A stretch of 63,652 nt of DNA, counting the filler. It is 9 parts of 9 records of this genome, joined end to end, with 100 filler letters (N's around TTAATTAATTAA, not from the genome) between each part and the next. Parts side by side here need not be neighbours in the genome. Positions count along the whole stretch, not along the records: positions 5,573 to 11,966 come from SRR31156797_80773; positions 12,067 to 20,267 come from SRR31156797_81068; 7 more parts are not named here. One strand, given 5' to 3'. Of the stretch, positions 7,705-17,204 are shown piece after piece. The notes under the pieces were generated by a model. It saw only the letters and a list, made by a program, of their open reading frames with translations, had not been told where the DNA came from and made no database searches. Numbering within the stretch: the stretch's first letter is position 1; each line of letters opens with the position of its first letter. The translations under genes and the position numbers were made by a program.

Positions 7705-9795
7705 CTAAAACTCAACAGGCGGCACATTCATCTGCTCGCCGGTTTCCGGGGAAACAAACCAGAAATCCACACCAGTCGACTCAGTGCCACCCGGTTTCAC
7801 ATACTTGACCAACCCGGGCAGAACCTTGTCAGCCATTTCGAAATAGAGCCGCATCCGGGTCACGGCCGGGAACTCCCGGTAAACCTCGATCATTCGGTTG
7901 AACGCATCGGCTTTGCCCGTCGCGAGGCTGACCACCCGTTGCAGTTCTCCACGAACCGCCTCGATCTGCTCGACCGCCCGGCCGCGAGCCTGCGGAACGA
8001 TGCGTGCCTGCTCGGCCAGGGCTTTATCGATCGCGGTTGCCTTGTCTTCCATCGCACCGGCGACATCCCGGAACGCCTCGTGTACCTGCGACGGCGCGTG
8101 GGCATTCACAAACTGGAACCCGCGAAGCACAAGCCCGCAATTCAGGGCATCGAGCTTTGCCTGGGCCAGCGTACGGATGGACTCTTCCATCGCCTGCCGC
8201 TCACTGGTGAAGACGCGATCCACCGACGTACCGCCAAGCTTCTCCCGGGCCGCCCCGAGAACCACGCTGCGCACCAGGGCTTCGTGATCATCCGCACCGT
8301 AGAGATACTTGTGAACCCCCTGCTCGGAATCCTCACCCGACCAGTGGATGGTGGATTTAATGTCGACGATGTTCTCGTCACCAATAAGGCTCCAGCTGTC
8401 GACCGGAAGCTCCGCCCCCGTCGTAACACCGTTTCGATCCGTAAAGAAACCCAGCGTCATGCGGTTCAGCCGACGCACGGGAGCAATATCCGCCTCGCCA
8501 ATGGGCCAGGGATACCGATAGTGCAGTCCCGGCTGCAGGTAAGGCTTCGAGATCGCCCCGAAGCGTTTGACCACCGCTGCCTCATCCGGTGCGACAATAA
8601 AGAAACCTGAACCGACGTATCCGCCGATCAGCATCAGGATCAGAATAATGATCAAAGCCATGCGATTCATCGGGATAAACGTCTTCGTATCGATCCACTG
8701 AGCCAGTCCGCTGATCCACTGCCGGCGGATCGCGGTCATGATCGTCATGAAGATGAAACCGATCGCACAGAGCGTCTTGAGCCAGCCCGGCACGAGCGAT
8801 TCGCCCATCGCCCGCTCCTGCAGATTCATCGGTGACGTCGCAAGGAGGTTATCGAGAAACGCCCCCATCACCAGGGCCACGATGATAATTGAAACGAGAT
8901 AAATAATGACAGACCGCTTGCCGATCTGCTTCGCGAGAACGCCCACGGCTCCGATGTTCGTCGCAGGACCGACCAGCAGCAGAACCAATGCCGCCCCCGG
9001 ACTGATCCCCTGGGCGACCAGCGCCGCGGCAATCGGCGTACTGCCTTCCGCACAGACATAAAGCGGAACGCCCAGCACGACCATCAACAGCATCGCCCGC
9101 ATCGGACCACCGAACACAGCCTGCAAAGCCGCCGCCGGCAGTACCGCCTGGATGATAGCCGCGGCAAGAATCCCAACGATTACCCATCCAGCGATCCCGT
9201 CAAAGAGATCCACGAATGCAAAACGTAGACCGTCACGGAATCCACTGGGATTTTCCTGTTGGTGCTCTGCACTGTCCGATCCACAGCAACCGGAAGGTTC
9301 GGCTTTTGACGAACTGCAGCAGGAGGTTGCTTCTTCTTCCGCCTCATCCATCGGCATGGGAGTGCGGTTATCGACAACGTTCTCCGTCAATCCGGCGACA
9401 ACCGCAGTAATGCACGCCGCGACCGGGCGGATGATTGCCATGACAGGCCCCATCAGCGAGTAGGTCAGCAGTACCGAAGTAATCGAGGTTTCCGGCGTGG
9501 AAATCAGAAACGACAGCGTTGCCCCCCTGCTCGCGCCGTTCTTGCGAAGCGTCACCGCGGCAGGCAGAACACTGCACGAACACAGCGGCAGCGGCAACCC
9601 GATCAGCGATGCAAGAAACACCGATCGCGGCTTGCGTGCGCTGAGGTATTGAATCACCCGCGTCTTCGGGATGATGACCTGCAACATCCCCGCGATGAAG
9701 AAGCCGAAAATGATGAACACGGCCGACTCGCAGAGGATCGTCCAGGCGGATTGCAGTGTTTGAGAAATCATCGCAAGTACCTGCCTTTCCACCAT
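7705..9795 (-). CDS. ArsP/DUF318 (SO_0444-like) permease fused to an SPFH/HflK-like domain
   Basis: N-terminal permease motifs (PLPLCSCSVLP, FLISTPET, PLYVCAEGSTP), Cys-rich loop; C-terminal Band-7/HflK motifs (VVKRFG...PGLHYRYPWPI, GDENIVD, PSQVHEAFRDV, RMRLYFE). Confidence 0.85.
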   Translation of the reverse strand: MVERQVLAMISQTLQSAWTILCESAVFIIFGFFIAGMLQVIIPKTRVIQYLSARKPRSVFLASLIGLPLPLCSCSVLPAAVTLRKNGASRGATLSFLISTPETSITSVLLTYSLMGPVMAIIRPVAACITAVVAGLTENVVDNRTPMPMDEAEEEATSCCSSSKAEPSGCCGSDSAEHQQENPSGFRDGLRFAFVDLFDGIAGWVIVGILAAAIIQAVLPAAALQAVFGGPMRAMLLMVVLGVPLYVCAEGSTPIAAALVAQGISPGAALVLLLVGPATNIGAVGVLAKQIGKRSVIIYLVSIIIVALVMGAFLDNLLATSPMNLQERAMGESLVPGWLKTLCAIGFIFMTIMTAIRRQWISGLAQWIDTKTFIPMNRMALIIILILMLIGGYVGSGFFIVAPDEAAVVKRFGAISKPYLQPGLHYRYPWPIGEADIAPVRRLNRMTLGFFTDRNGVTTGAELPVDSWSLIGDENIVDIKSTIHWSGEDSEQGVHKYLYGADDHEALVRSVVLGAAREKLGGTSVDRVFTSERQAMEESIRTLAQAKLDALNCGLVLRGFQFVNAHAPSQVHEAFRDVAGAMEDKATAIDKALAEQARIVPQARGRAVEQIEAVRGELQRVVSLATGKADAFNRMIEVYREFPAVTRMRLYFEMADKVLPGLVKYVKPGGTESTGVDFWFVSPETGEQMNVPPVEF

Positions 9796-9843
9796 ATAAA
9801 GCGCCGAAACGGCGGGGCGTCAAGCGTTCATGGTGCAAATAGA

Positions 9844-10890
9844 TCAGTTTTGCGGCTGACCCCACTTCTGGTGATGGATTTTCTCCGGTTTGTACTTGTT
9901 TTTGGGCTTGTCATCGCCCGCCGGATGCCCGACCGGAACCGACGCAAACGGTACGACATTCTCGGGAATATCGAGAATCTTGCGAACGTTTTCGATGTTC
10001 TCAGAGGACGGATACACAGCCGTCCACACGGCACCAAGATGGAGCGCTTCGGCAGCCAGCAGAAGATTCTGCGTCGCGGCTGAGCAGTCGAGAGTCCAGC
10101 AGATGTTATACTCTCCCGGCATGGACTGCTCCGGGATGCCGCACACGACAATCACCGCCGGAGCATCTTTGCACATACTGGCACCCGGCGACGCATCACC
10201 CAGGGCATCACAAAGTTCCGGATCAGTGACGATGATAAAGGACCACGGCTGCTTGTTCATCGCCGTCGGCGCCGCCATGGCTGCACGGACGAGGGTTTCG
10301 AGTTTCTCATCGGTGACGGGTTGGTTAGTGTAGGTGCGGACAGACTTGCGGGAGTGGATGACGCTCAGTGCATCAGAATGAAATCGCAGAAACTCACTTC
10401 CTACAAGATGATGATCTATCCCGACAATTCTGATTTGTGGCAAGTCCTCTTCTGGTACAGTACCTTGACCGCCACCAGCATAAACAACATGTCGGAATGG
10501 AATTTCCCCCGAATTGTTCTCTGCAAGAATAATTGTACCAGAAGATAGATCAGAAATATCACCACCGGGAGGATTCAGATATTGAAATGGACTGTGCAGC
10601 ATTTCTTTGGATACTTCATCATACTGAGGAAACCACCTGAACCTGTCTGTTTTGACGTCTGATGGTAAATAATCCCGCAGAAGGTACAACGCCGCTTTTT
10701 CGCCATTCGGCGAATATGGATAAAGACCATCATACTGATCGGAATATGTCTTTAACGCCTTTTGAAACAAAGAGGTTAGATATTTGCTGCGCAAAACGGG
10801 ACGAGGTTCAAAAGCCCTGGGAATCGCCAGGCTCATCAGAGTAACAATGATAAGAACGCTTATGATCCAGAAGATTGTCCTCTTACTCAT
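9844..10890 (-). CDS. Nitroreductase family protein with extra N-terminal membrane-anchored domain
   Basis: C-terminal nitroreductase (SRKSVRTY, AAPTAMNKQPW, DCSAATQNLLLAA); about 170-aa N-terminal extension with TM. Confidence 0.85.
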   Translation of the reverse strand: MSKRTIFWIISVLIIVTLMSLAIPRAFEPRPVLRSKYLTSLFQKALKTYSDQYDGLYPYSPNGEKAALYLLRDYLPSDVKTDRFRWFPQYDEVSKEMLHSPFQYLNPPGGDISDLSSGTIILAENNSGEIPFRHVVYAGGGQGTVPEEDLPQIRIVGIDHHLVGSEFLRFHSDALSVIHSRKSVRTYTNQPVTDEKLETLVRAAMAAPTAMNKQPWSFIIVTDPELCDALGDASPGASMCKDAPAVIVVCGIPEQSMPGEYNICWTLDCSAATQNLLLAAEALHLGAVWTAVYPSSENIENVRKILDIPENVVPFASVPVGHPAGDDKPKNKYKPEKIHHQKWGQPQN

Positions 10891-10924
10891 TCTGAAGCTC
10901 CTGTCATTGGGATTTCATTTGATT

Positions 10925-11965
10925 TCAACACCCATCGTTCCGCTCTTCCGGTGGCGCCGTTTCCGTCAGTGGCACCTTTTTCGGTTTCGCCCCTTTCCGG
11001 AATTGATCCACCAGCGCCCCAACCGGACAGAAGTAATTGCACCAGGGACGACGCAGAAACAGCGAGGCAAGCAATCCAGCAACGGCAATCACCAGAACGA
11101 GAACCGAAGCCGTTTTCATCTGGAACGCCGTAAACGGCGAAATCATCGCCGGGTCGAACTCCAGCTTCAGGATCAGCGCAAAGGCGACACCTGATAAAAT
11201 ACTGATACGGACATATCGGAACGGTTTGGGCAGATTGTACTTCTTCGTCGGCAATTTGTTGACGATTTCCTGGCAAGCACCATACGGGCAAAGATGGGTG
11301 CAGTAGAAGGATTTGCCTGTCAGAAACGGAATGATGAACGCAATCGCCACGATCAAAATCACCATCGGCTGATCAACCCACGGGATTCCGTTTACAATCC
11401 ACCCGTTGAGCTGCGACAGCGACACCATCGTCACCGTCCAGAACCCCATCACCCCGATCGAGCAGATCATCACCAGCGGACGAAGCCACCCCATCTGCTT
11501 CGGGAAGGACCAGGAAACCAACCCGACGAAGATAATCCCCAGCATCGCGTAGAAAGCAGGAGTCAGCGCATCGGCAAACGTGGGTGGAGGTGGCGGCGGC
11601 TCGTTGGCCAGCTTCGCCGCGCAGTGCCGGACAGTATCAATAATGGCCGACGTACTCATCGTAGCCCCGGTGATGGTATCGACGTGATGATCGTCCACCC
11701 GGCTCAGTTCGATATCATCCCACCGGCTGAAGAATCCATGCTTGCGGATGTGATGGATGTATGCGGGTGTCTCACTGTTGGGCAGCACGGCAATCCCCGC
11801 AACCCGCTGTTCCAGCGTGATTCCGACCAGAACGGGAATCGGTCCGGCATAACCGATGACATCCAGCGTTTCAGGGATGTCGTGTGAGTCAAAGACGTAT
11901 CCGATGAGCTTGTCCTGGCTGTCGAGTACCTTTGGACAGATCTCGCCGGGTACGATGAACTCCGC
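10925..11965 (-). CDS. FMN-binding + 4Fe-4S (NapH/NosR-type) membrane protein, 5'-truncated
   Basis: Frame stays open to the contig end (VIGYAGPIPV...); VDTITGATMS flavinylation motif; two CxxxCP motifs. Confidence 0.85.
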   Translation of the reverse strand, partial: AEFIVPGEICPKVLDSQDKLIGYVFDSHDIPETLDVIGYAGPIPVLVGITLEQRVAGIAVLPNSETPAYIHHIRKHGFFSRWDDIELSRVDDHHVDTITGATMSTSAIIDTVRHCAAKLANEPPPPPPTFADALTPAFYAMLGIIFVGLVSWSFPKQMGWLRPLVMICSIGVMGFWTVTMVSLSQLNGWIVNGIPWVDQPMVILIVAIAFIIPFLTGKSFYCTHLCPYGACQEIVNKLPTKKYNLPKPFRYVRISILSGVAFALILKLEFDPAMISPFTAFQMKTASVLVLVIAVAGLLASLFLRRPWCNYFCPVGALVDQFRKGAKPKKVPLTETAPPEERNDGC

Positions 11966-11966
11966 T

Positions 11967-12066
11967 NNNNNNNNNNNNNNNNNNNNNNNNNNNNNNNNNN
12001 NNNNNNNNNNTTAATTAATTAANNNNNNNNNNNNNNNNNNNNNNNNNNNNNNNNNNNNNNNNNNNN
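11967..12066. other. Artificial contig spacer
   Basis: N-run + TTAATTAATTAA + N-run. Confidence 0.98.
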
Positions 12067-12180
12067 TCCGTGGCTGCCCCCGCAACTGTGAGCGGTGAGT
12101 CCGCGACCCACTATGGCCACTGGGAAACTGGGAAGGCCGGGCGCACAGACGACGACCCGCGAGCCAGGAGACCTGCCGCC
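12067..12180 (+). ncRNA. Cobalamin riboswitch (5'-truncated)
   Basis: GCCCCCGCAACTGT, GCCACTG...GGGAAGG and B12-box GAGCCAGGAGACCTGCC upstream of a TonB-dependent receptor. Confidence 0.95.
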
Positions 12181-12406
12181 ACCCGCGTCGCCCACCCATT
12201 GGACGGGGGTTTTTCCGATGGTCCGGTTTTCCGTGCGTGGTGACGCCGCAAGTGGTGTGACCGCGCGGGGAAAACGGACTTGATGGGAACCGGGGAACTT
12301 TCTCAGTTCATCATGGCGATGGATCGGCCGAAGCGATTTCGGCCGGCGATTGGCGCGTCTTTCTCGTGCGCACTCCTTTTCACAAACAAGGAAGGAGAAG
12401 CAGAAC

Positions 12407-14473
12407 ATGAGAAAAGGCACAATCGCCGTCCCGCCTAGACCGGGTCGGCTGTTTCTGGCCGCGATCGCTGCAATTGGTTTTGCCGCGGCGGAAACCAGCG
12501 CCGACGAAGTCGGCCCCAACACCCTGCCCGAAGTCGAAGTCACGGCGTCGCGCCTGGGAAGCGGCATCGCCGGCACCTCGACGACCGTCATCACGGCCGA
12601 CGACATCGAACGCTCGACTGCCGGAACCGTCACCGAGCTTCTCGGATACGAGGCCGGCATCCAGGCCCGCGATTTCTACAGCGCCTCGGCCGCCGATTCG
12701 ACCGTCGACATCCGGGGGTTCGGCGCCACGGCGGCTTCCAATACACTGGTCCTGCTCAACGGCAGGCGCCTGAACGACTTCGATCTCGCCGCCGTCGATT
12801 GGGGCAACATTCCGCTGGAAAGCATCGAACGCATCGAGGTCGTTCGCGGCAACGCCGGGGCCGTCCTGTACGGCGACGGCGCCGTCGGCGGTGTCGTCAA
12901 CATCATCACGAAAACCGATGCACCGGAAGGCACGTCCGGCCGGGCCAGTGTGAAATACGGATCCGATGAACACCGGGAAACCAATGCTTCGGCGACCCAT
13001 CGTGTCGGCGATATCACGCTCTCCGCCTACGGCACCTACATCAACGCCGACAACTACCGGCGCAACAACAAAATCATCCAGAAGAACCTGGTGACCGAAT
13101 TGCGCCACCAACAGGACGACGGCGACGTCTATGTAAATCTCAGCGTCGACGACCAGATCCTCGGCACACCGGGCGCCCGTCTGGTGACGATCAATTCGTC
13201 CCAGCTTAAACCGGAGGAAGTGCGTGCCGGCGCAACGACACCGAACGACTGGACCGCGCAATCGGGTATTTCGCTGACTGTCGGCGGATCGCGTATGATC
13301 GGTGACGGTATCGAAGCCGTTCTCGACGCCGGCTATCGCATCAAGGACACCGAAGCCCGAACGGTCAGCAATTCCGGTTCACAGTACGATTCCTATATCG
13401 ATACCGAACTGACGACCGTTTCGCTAACGCCCCGGCTCAACATCGATTACGAGGCGTTCGAGATGCCGTCGACCGGCACGGTCGGGATCGACCTTTATCA
13501 TTCCAACTACAATTCGGACCGACAGCTTCGGCCCGACAGCGCCCCTTTTCACGTCTATGACGGCAAACAACACAGTGCCGGCCTGTACGGGCAGAACACC
13601 ATTGAGCTAACCGGCCGGACCCAGATTTCCATGGGGGCCCGGGCCCAGTACACACGCTTCATTGCCGGCGACATTCACGATCCAAGCGTCATGGCCTTTG
13701 CCGACGGCCATATCGCAGCCATCGACGACGAAAGCCGCGACGTCGCCTTGAACCTCGGCATCGACCATGCGATCTCGCCGGATCTGACATTGTTCGGCCG
13801 GGTCGCACGAAGTTTCCGCGCACCCAACATCGACGAACGAATCGGCTCCAGTTCCGACCACGACTCTTTCGATCTTAAAACCCAGTGGTCGCGGGACGCC
13901 GAAGCCGGCGTTCGTTATCGCATCGGCGACGTCCGCGGGCAGACCAGCCTGTTCTACATGCGTCTGCGCGACGAAATTCACTACAGCCCCAGCACATTCG
14001 AGAACTTGAACTTCGACCCGACAAAACGGGTCGGCGTCGAAAATTCAGTCGACTGGCAGGCTACGGATTCGCTCCGTCTCAAGGCCAATCTCAGCTACAC
14101 CGACGCCGAATTCACCGCCGGCAATTTCTCCGGGAAAACGGTTCCCCTGGTTTCAGACTGGGTCGCCGGGACCAGTCTCTATTGGGACATTTTCGATAAA
14201 CTTCTGTCGCTGTCGGCAAGCGCCAATTACTACGCGTCGAAAAACATGGAAAACGACGAAAAGAACCATCAGCCGGAAATGCCCGGTTACACCCTGGTCG
14301 ATCTGAAAGTCAGCGGCGAATACGGCCAAGCCTTCTGGTCGGCCTCGTTGGACAACGTCTTCGACACCAACTACTACAACTACGCCGTCGCCAGCACGTC
14401 CACCTGGGGCCGATACAATGCCTATCCGCTTCCGGGCCGGACCTTCATGCTGGAAGCCGGAATGAAGTTCTGA
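12407..14473 (+). CDS. btuB: TonB-dependent cobalamin receptor
   Basis: Signal peptide, TonB box (EVEVTA), plug motif (IERIEVVRG...LYGDGAVGGVVNIIT), C-terminal Phe; under B12 riboswitch; RBS AAGGAG before ATG 12407. Confidence 0.88.
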   Translation: MRKGTIAVPPRPGRLFLAAIAAIGFAAAETSADEVGPNTLPEVEVTASRLGSGIAGTSTTVITADDIERSTAGTVTELLGYEAGIQARDFYSASAADSTVDIRGFGATAASNTLVLLNGRRLNDFDLAAVDWGNIPLESIERIEVVRGNAGAVLYGDGAVGGVVNIITKTDAPEGTSGRASVKYGSDEHRETNASATHRVGDITLSAYGTYINADNYRRNNKIIQKNLVTELRHQQDDGDVYVNLSVDDQILGTPGARLVTINSSQLKPEEVRAGATTPNDWTAQSGISLTVGGSRMIGDGIEAVLDAGYRIKDTEARTVSNSGSQYDSYIDTELTTVSLTPRLNIDYEAFEMPSTGTVGIDLYHSNYNSDRQLRPDSAPFHVYDGKQHSAGLYGQNTIELTGRTQISMGARAQYTRFIAGDIHDPSVMAFADGHIAAIDDESRDVALNLGIDHAISPDLTLFGRVARSFRAPNIDERIGSSSDHDSFDLKTQWSRDAEAGVRYRIGDVRGQTSLFYMRLRDEIHYSPSTFENLNFDPTKRVGVENSVDWQATDSLRLKANLSYTDAEFTAGNFSGKTVPLVSDWVAGTSLYWDIFDKLLSLSASANYYASKNMENDEKNHQPEMPGYTLVDLKVSGEYGQAFWSASLDNVFDTNYYNYAVASTSTWGRYNAYPLPGRTFMLEAGMKF

Positions 14474-14485
14474 GCAGGAGGTTAG

Positions 14486-15397
14486 GTGCAAACACGACAC
14501 ACCCGTGACCGAAGACGCCCAAGGTTCCTGGGGAGGATCCAACGGGTGTTCGCCGCCATGGCCATGATAGTGGCCGTGGCGGCGGCTACGGGCGATTCGA
14601 TGGCGGCGCCGAAACCGTCGCGCATCGTCTCGTTGAACCCCTGCACCGACCAGTTGGTCTGGATGCTGGCCGACCGTGACCGCATCGTTTCCCTGAGCCA
14701 CCTGGCGATCGATCCGCAGGTTTCGATGATCGCCGATACGGTCGAGGTGGCGCATCTGAACCATGGCGAAGCCGAAGAAATTTTGCCGCTGAACCCGGAC
14801 CTGGTGCTGAACGGGCCGTTCTCCCACAGGGCTTCAACCCTTCTGCTGCAACGGCTGGGCTACCGGGTGATCGAAGTCGACGCCGCCAATTCGATCGCCG
14901 ACGTCCGTCGCCAGATCCGCGAACTGGGGCATGTGCTGGGAACGCAAACCCGGGCCGACGAAATTATCGCGCGCATGGATGCGCGTATTGCCCAACTGGC
15001 CCCGCCGCCGGAATCTTTCTCGCCGTCGGCCCTCAACTACCAACCGAACGGATTTACGGCCGGCGCGGGAACCCTGATCGCCGATATTCTGCATCATACC
15101 GGTTTCACCCTGCCGACCGGCGACGGCAAGCGAACCGGATACAGTCACCTGCCGCTGGAAAGCCTGATCGCCGATCCGCCGGACATCCTGATCATCGACG
15201 ACAGCTACGGCGACTGGCCGACCCTGGCGCAGACGGTATTGACCCATCCGGTCTTTCGCCAACTCGACCGGCGTACCCGGCGCATCGGCATCCCCAACCG
15301 CATGTGGCTGTGCGGCATACCGGACATCGTCGAAGCCATGCAAATGCTCGCCACGGTTCGCCGTTCCTGGTCGCCGACGCCGGGGGCGCGGCCATGA
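14486..15397 (+). CDS. btuF: Cobalamin ABC transporter substrate-binding protein
   Basis: RIVSLNPCTDQL helical-backbone binding-protein motif; operon context. Confidence 0.85.
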   Translation: MQTRHTRDRRRPRFLGRIQRVFAAMAMIVAVAAATGDSMAAPKPSRIVSLNPCTDQLVWMLADRDRIVSLSHLAIDPQVSMIADTVEVAHLNHGEAEEILPLNPDLVLNGPFSHRASTLLLQRLGYRVIEVDAANSIADVRRQIRELGHVLGTQTRADEIIARMDARIAQLAPPPESFSPSALNYQPNGFTAGAGTLIADILHHTGFTLPTGDGKRTGYSHLPLESLIADPPDILIIDDSYGDWPTLAQTVLTHPVFRQLDRRTRRIGIPNRMWLCGIPDIVEAMQMLATVRRSWSPTPGARP

Positions 15398-16416
15398 CAG
15401 CCTCGGCCAACCCGACCCCGCGAAAAAACCGCGACCGGCCGATTGCCGCGGTGCTTGCCGCCGTTCTTTTCGTTCTCGCCGTCATCTCGCTTTTCACCGG
15501 CCGCGTCTTTTTCCCACCGGCGCAGATCCTGAACGCCCTTTTCAGCGACATCGGCGACGCCGTCGACCTGATCGTCTGGCACCTCCGGCTGCCGCGAACA
15601 TTGCTGGCCATCGTCGTCGGCGCCAGTCTCGGCATGGGCGGCGCGGCGTTGCAGGGCCTGCTGCGCAATCCGCTGGCCGAACCCGGCATCGTCGGCGTCT
15701 CGGCATCGGCGGCGTTCGGTTCGGTCGTCGTCTTCTATTCGGGAATCGCCGCCACTTTGCCGTTGGCGCAACCGCTCGGCGGCATGCTGGGCGCCATGCT
15801 CGGCATCAGCATCCTGATGCTTCTGGCCGGACGCCGTCCCGGGGTGCTGACGCTCATTCTGGCCGGTGTCGCCGTCAACAGCCTGGCCGGGGCCTTGACG
15901 GCGCTGGCCCTCAACCTGTCGCCCAATCCCTATTCGGCCGCCGAGATCGTCTTCTGGCTGATGGGTTCGTTGGCCGACCGCAGCTTCGAATCCCTATGGC
16001 TGGCGGTGATCGTAACCATTCCCGGCTGGGTGCTGCTGTTGAGCGCACACTCGGCGCTCGACGCCCTGACCCTCGGCGAGGACGCCGCCAAAAGCCTCGG
16101 CATCAATCTGCGCGCGGTCCGCTGGCGGACGGTTACCGGCCTGGCACTGGCGGTCGGCGCTGGGGTTTCGGTTTGCGGCACCATCTCGTTTGTCGGACTG
16201 GTCGTTCCGCATCTGCTGCGCCCGTTCGTCGGTTACGAACCGGGGCGCCTGCTGCCGATCAGTGCCTTCGGCGGCGCCATCCTTCTGTTGATGACGGATA
16301 TCGTCGCCCGTCTGCTGCCGACCGGAATCGAGCTCAAGATCGGCGTGCTGACCGCCCTGATCGGAGCGCCGTTCTTCCTGGTTCTGCTGGTCAAGACGCG
16401 AAAGGCCATCCAATGA
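15394..16416 (+). CDS. btuC: Cobalamin ABC transporter permease (FecCD family)
   Basis: LRLPR, QGLLRNPLAEP, FVGLVVPH motifs; ATGA overlap with btuF. Confidence 0.88.
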   Translation: MTASANPTPRKNRDRPIAAVLAAVLFVLAVISLFTGRVFFPPAQILNALFSDIGDAVDLIVWHLRLPRTLLAIVVGASLGMGGAALQGLLRNPLAEPGIVGVSASAAFGSVVVFYSGIAATLPLAQPLGGMLGAMLGISILMLLAGRRPGVLTLILAGVAVNSLAGALTALALNLSPNPYSAAEIVFWLMGSLADRSFESLWLAVIVTIPGWVLLLSAHSALDALTLGEDAAKSLGINLRAVRWRTVTGLALAVGAGVSVCGTISFVGLVVPHLLRPFVGYEPGRLLPISAFGGAILLLMTDIVARLLPTGIELKIGVLTALIGAPFFLVLLVKTRKAIQ

Positions 16417-17204
16417 TCCGCCTTCGCGCCGAGACCGTCCATGTCCGCTTCGACGGACGCAGTGCGCTCAACGGCATCAGCACAACAGTCACGGCCGGGG
16501 AAATCGTCGGGCTGATCGGCCCCAACGGTGCCGGCAAAACGACCCTGCTCAGGGTTTGCGCCAATCTGCTCGACCCGCGGTCGGGCACGGTCCGCTTCGA
16601 AGACCAACCGGTGTCCAAAATGGCGCCGCGCGACCTCGCCCGGTCTTTGGCTTTCCTGCCCAGCGGCGCCCCCTGCCATTGGCCGATCGAGGTCCGCCGC
16701 CTCGTCGCCCTCGGCCGCCTGCCCTATCTGGCGCCCTGGACCCGGGCCCTTCCCGCCGATGACGCCGCCATCGACGCCGCCATCACGATGGTCGACGTCG
16801 GGGAATTCTGCGGGCGAAGCATCGACGAGTTATCGGACGGCGAACGGGCCCGCGTCATGCTGGCCCGCGCCCTGGCCGGCGAACCGCGCCTGTTGCTGGC
16901 CGACGAACCGGTGGCCGGGCTCGATCCGCGCCATCAGTTGACCGTCATGGAAGTGCTGGCCGGACTGTCGCGGGAAGGCGCCAGCGTCGTCGTCACGCTG
17001 CACGATCTTTCCTTGGCTTGCCGCTATTGCGACCGGCTGATTCTGCTCGATGCCGGCGCCATCGTCGCCGAAGGAAAACCCGGCGACGTCCTGACCGGGG
17101 TAAACCTGGCCCGGGTCTTCGGCATCGAGGCGGTCGAAGGAAACCGCGACGGCATTCCCTTCATCCTGCCGTGGACACCCATCGACGGAGGTGGCGATGC
17201 ATAG
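16413..17204 (+). CDS. btuD: Cobalamin ABC transporter ATPase
   Basis: GPNGAGKT Walker A, LSDGERARV, LLADEP; ATGA overlap gives the start at 16413. Confidence 0.88.
   Translation: MIRLRAETVHVRFDGRSALNGISTTVTAGEIVGLIGPNGAGKTTLLRVCANLLDPRSGTVRFEDQPVSKMAPRDLARSLAFLPSGAPCHWPIEVRRLVALGRLPYLAPWTRALPADDAAIDAAITMVDVGEFCGRSIDELSDGERARVMLARALAGEPRLLLADEPVAGLDPRHQLTVMEVLAGLSREGASVVVTLHDLSLACRYCDRLILLDAGAIVAEGKPGDVLTGVNLARVFGIEAVEGNRDGIPFILPWTPIDGGGDA

Noticed and set aside
15996-16412. N-terminal extension of BtuD shown in the ORF track
   Set aside because: Overlaps btuC in another frame; the ATGA-coupled ATG at 16413 is the plausible start
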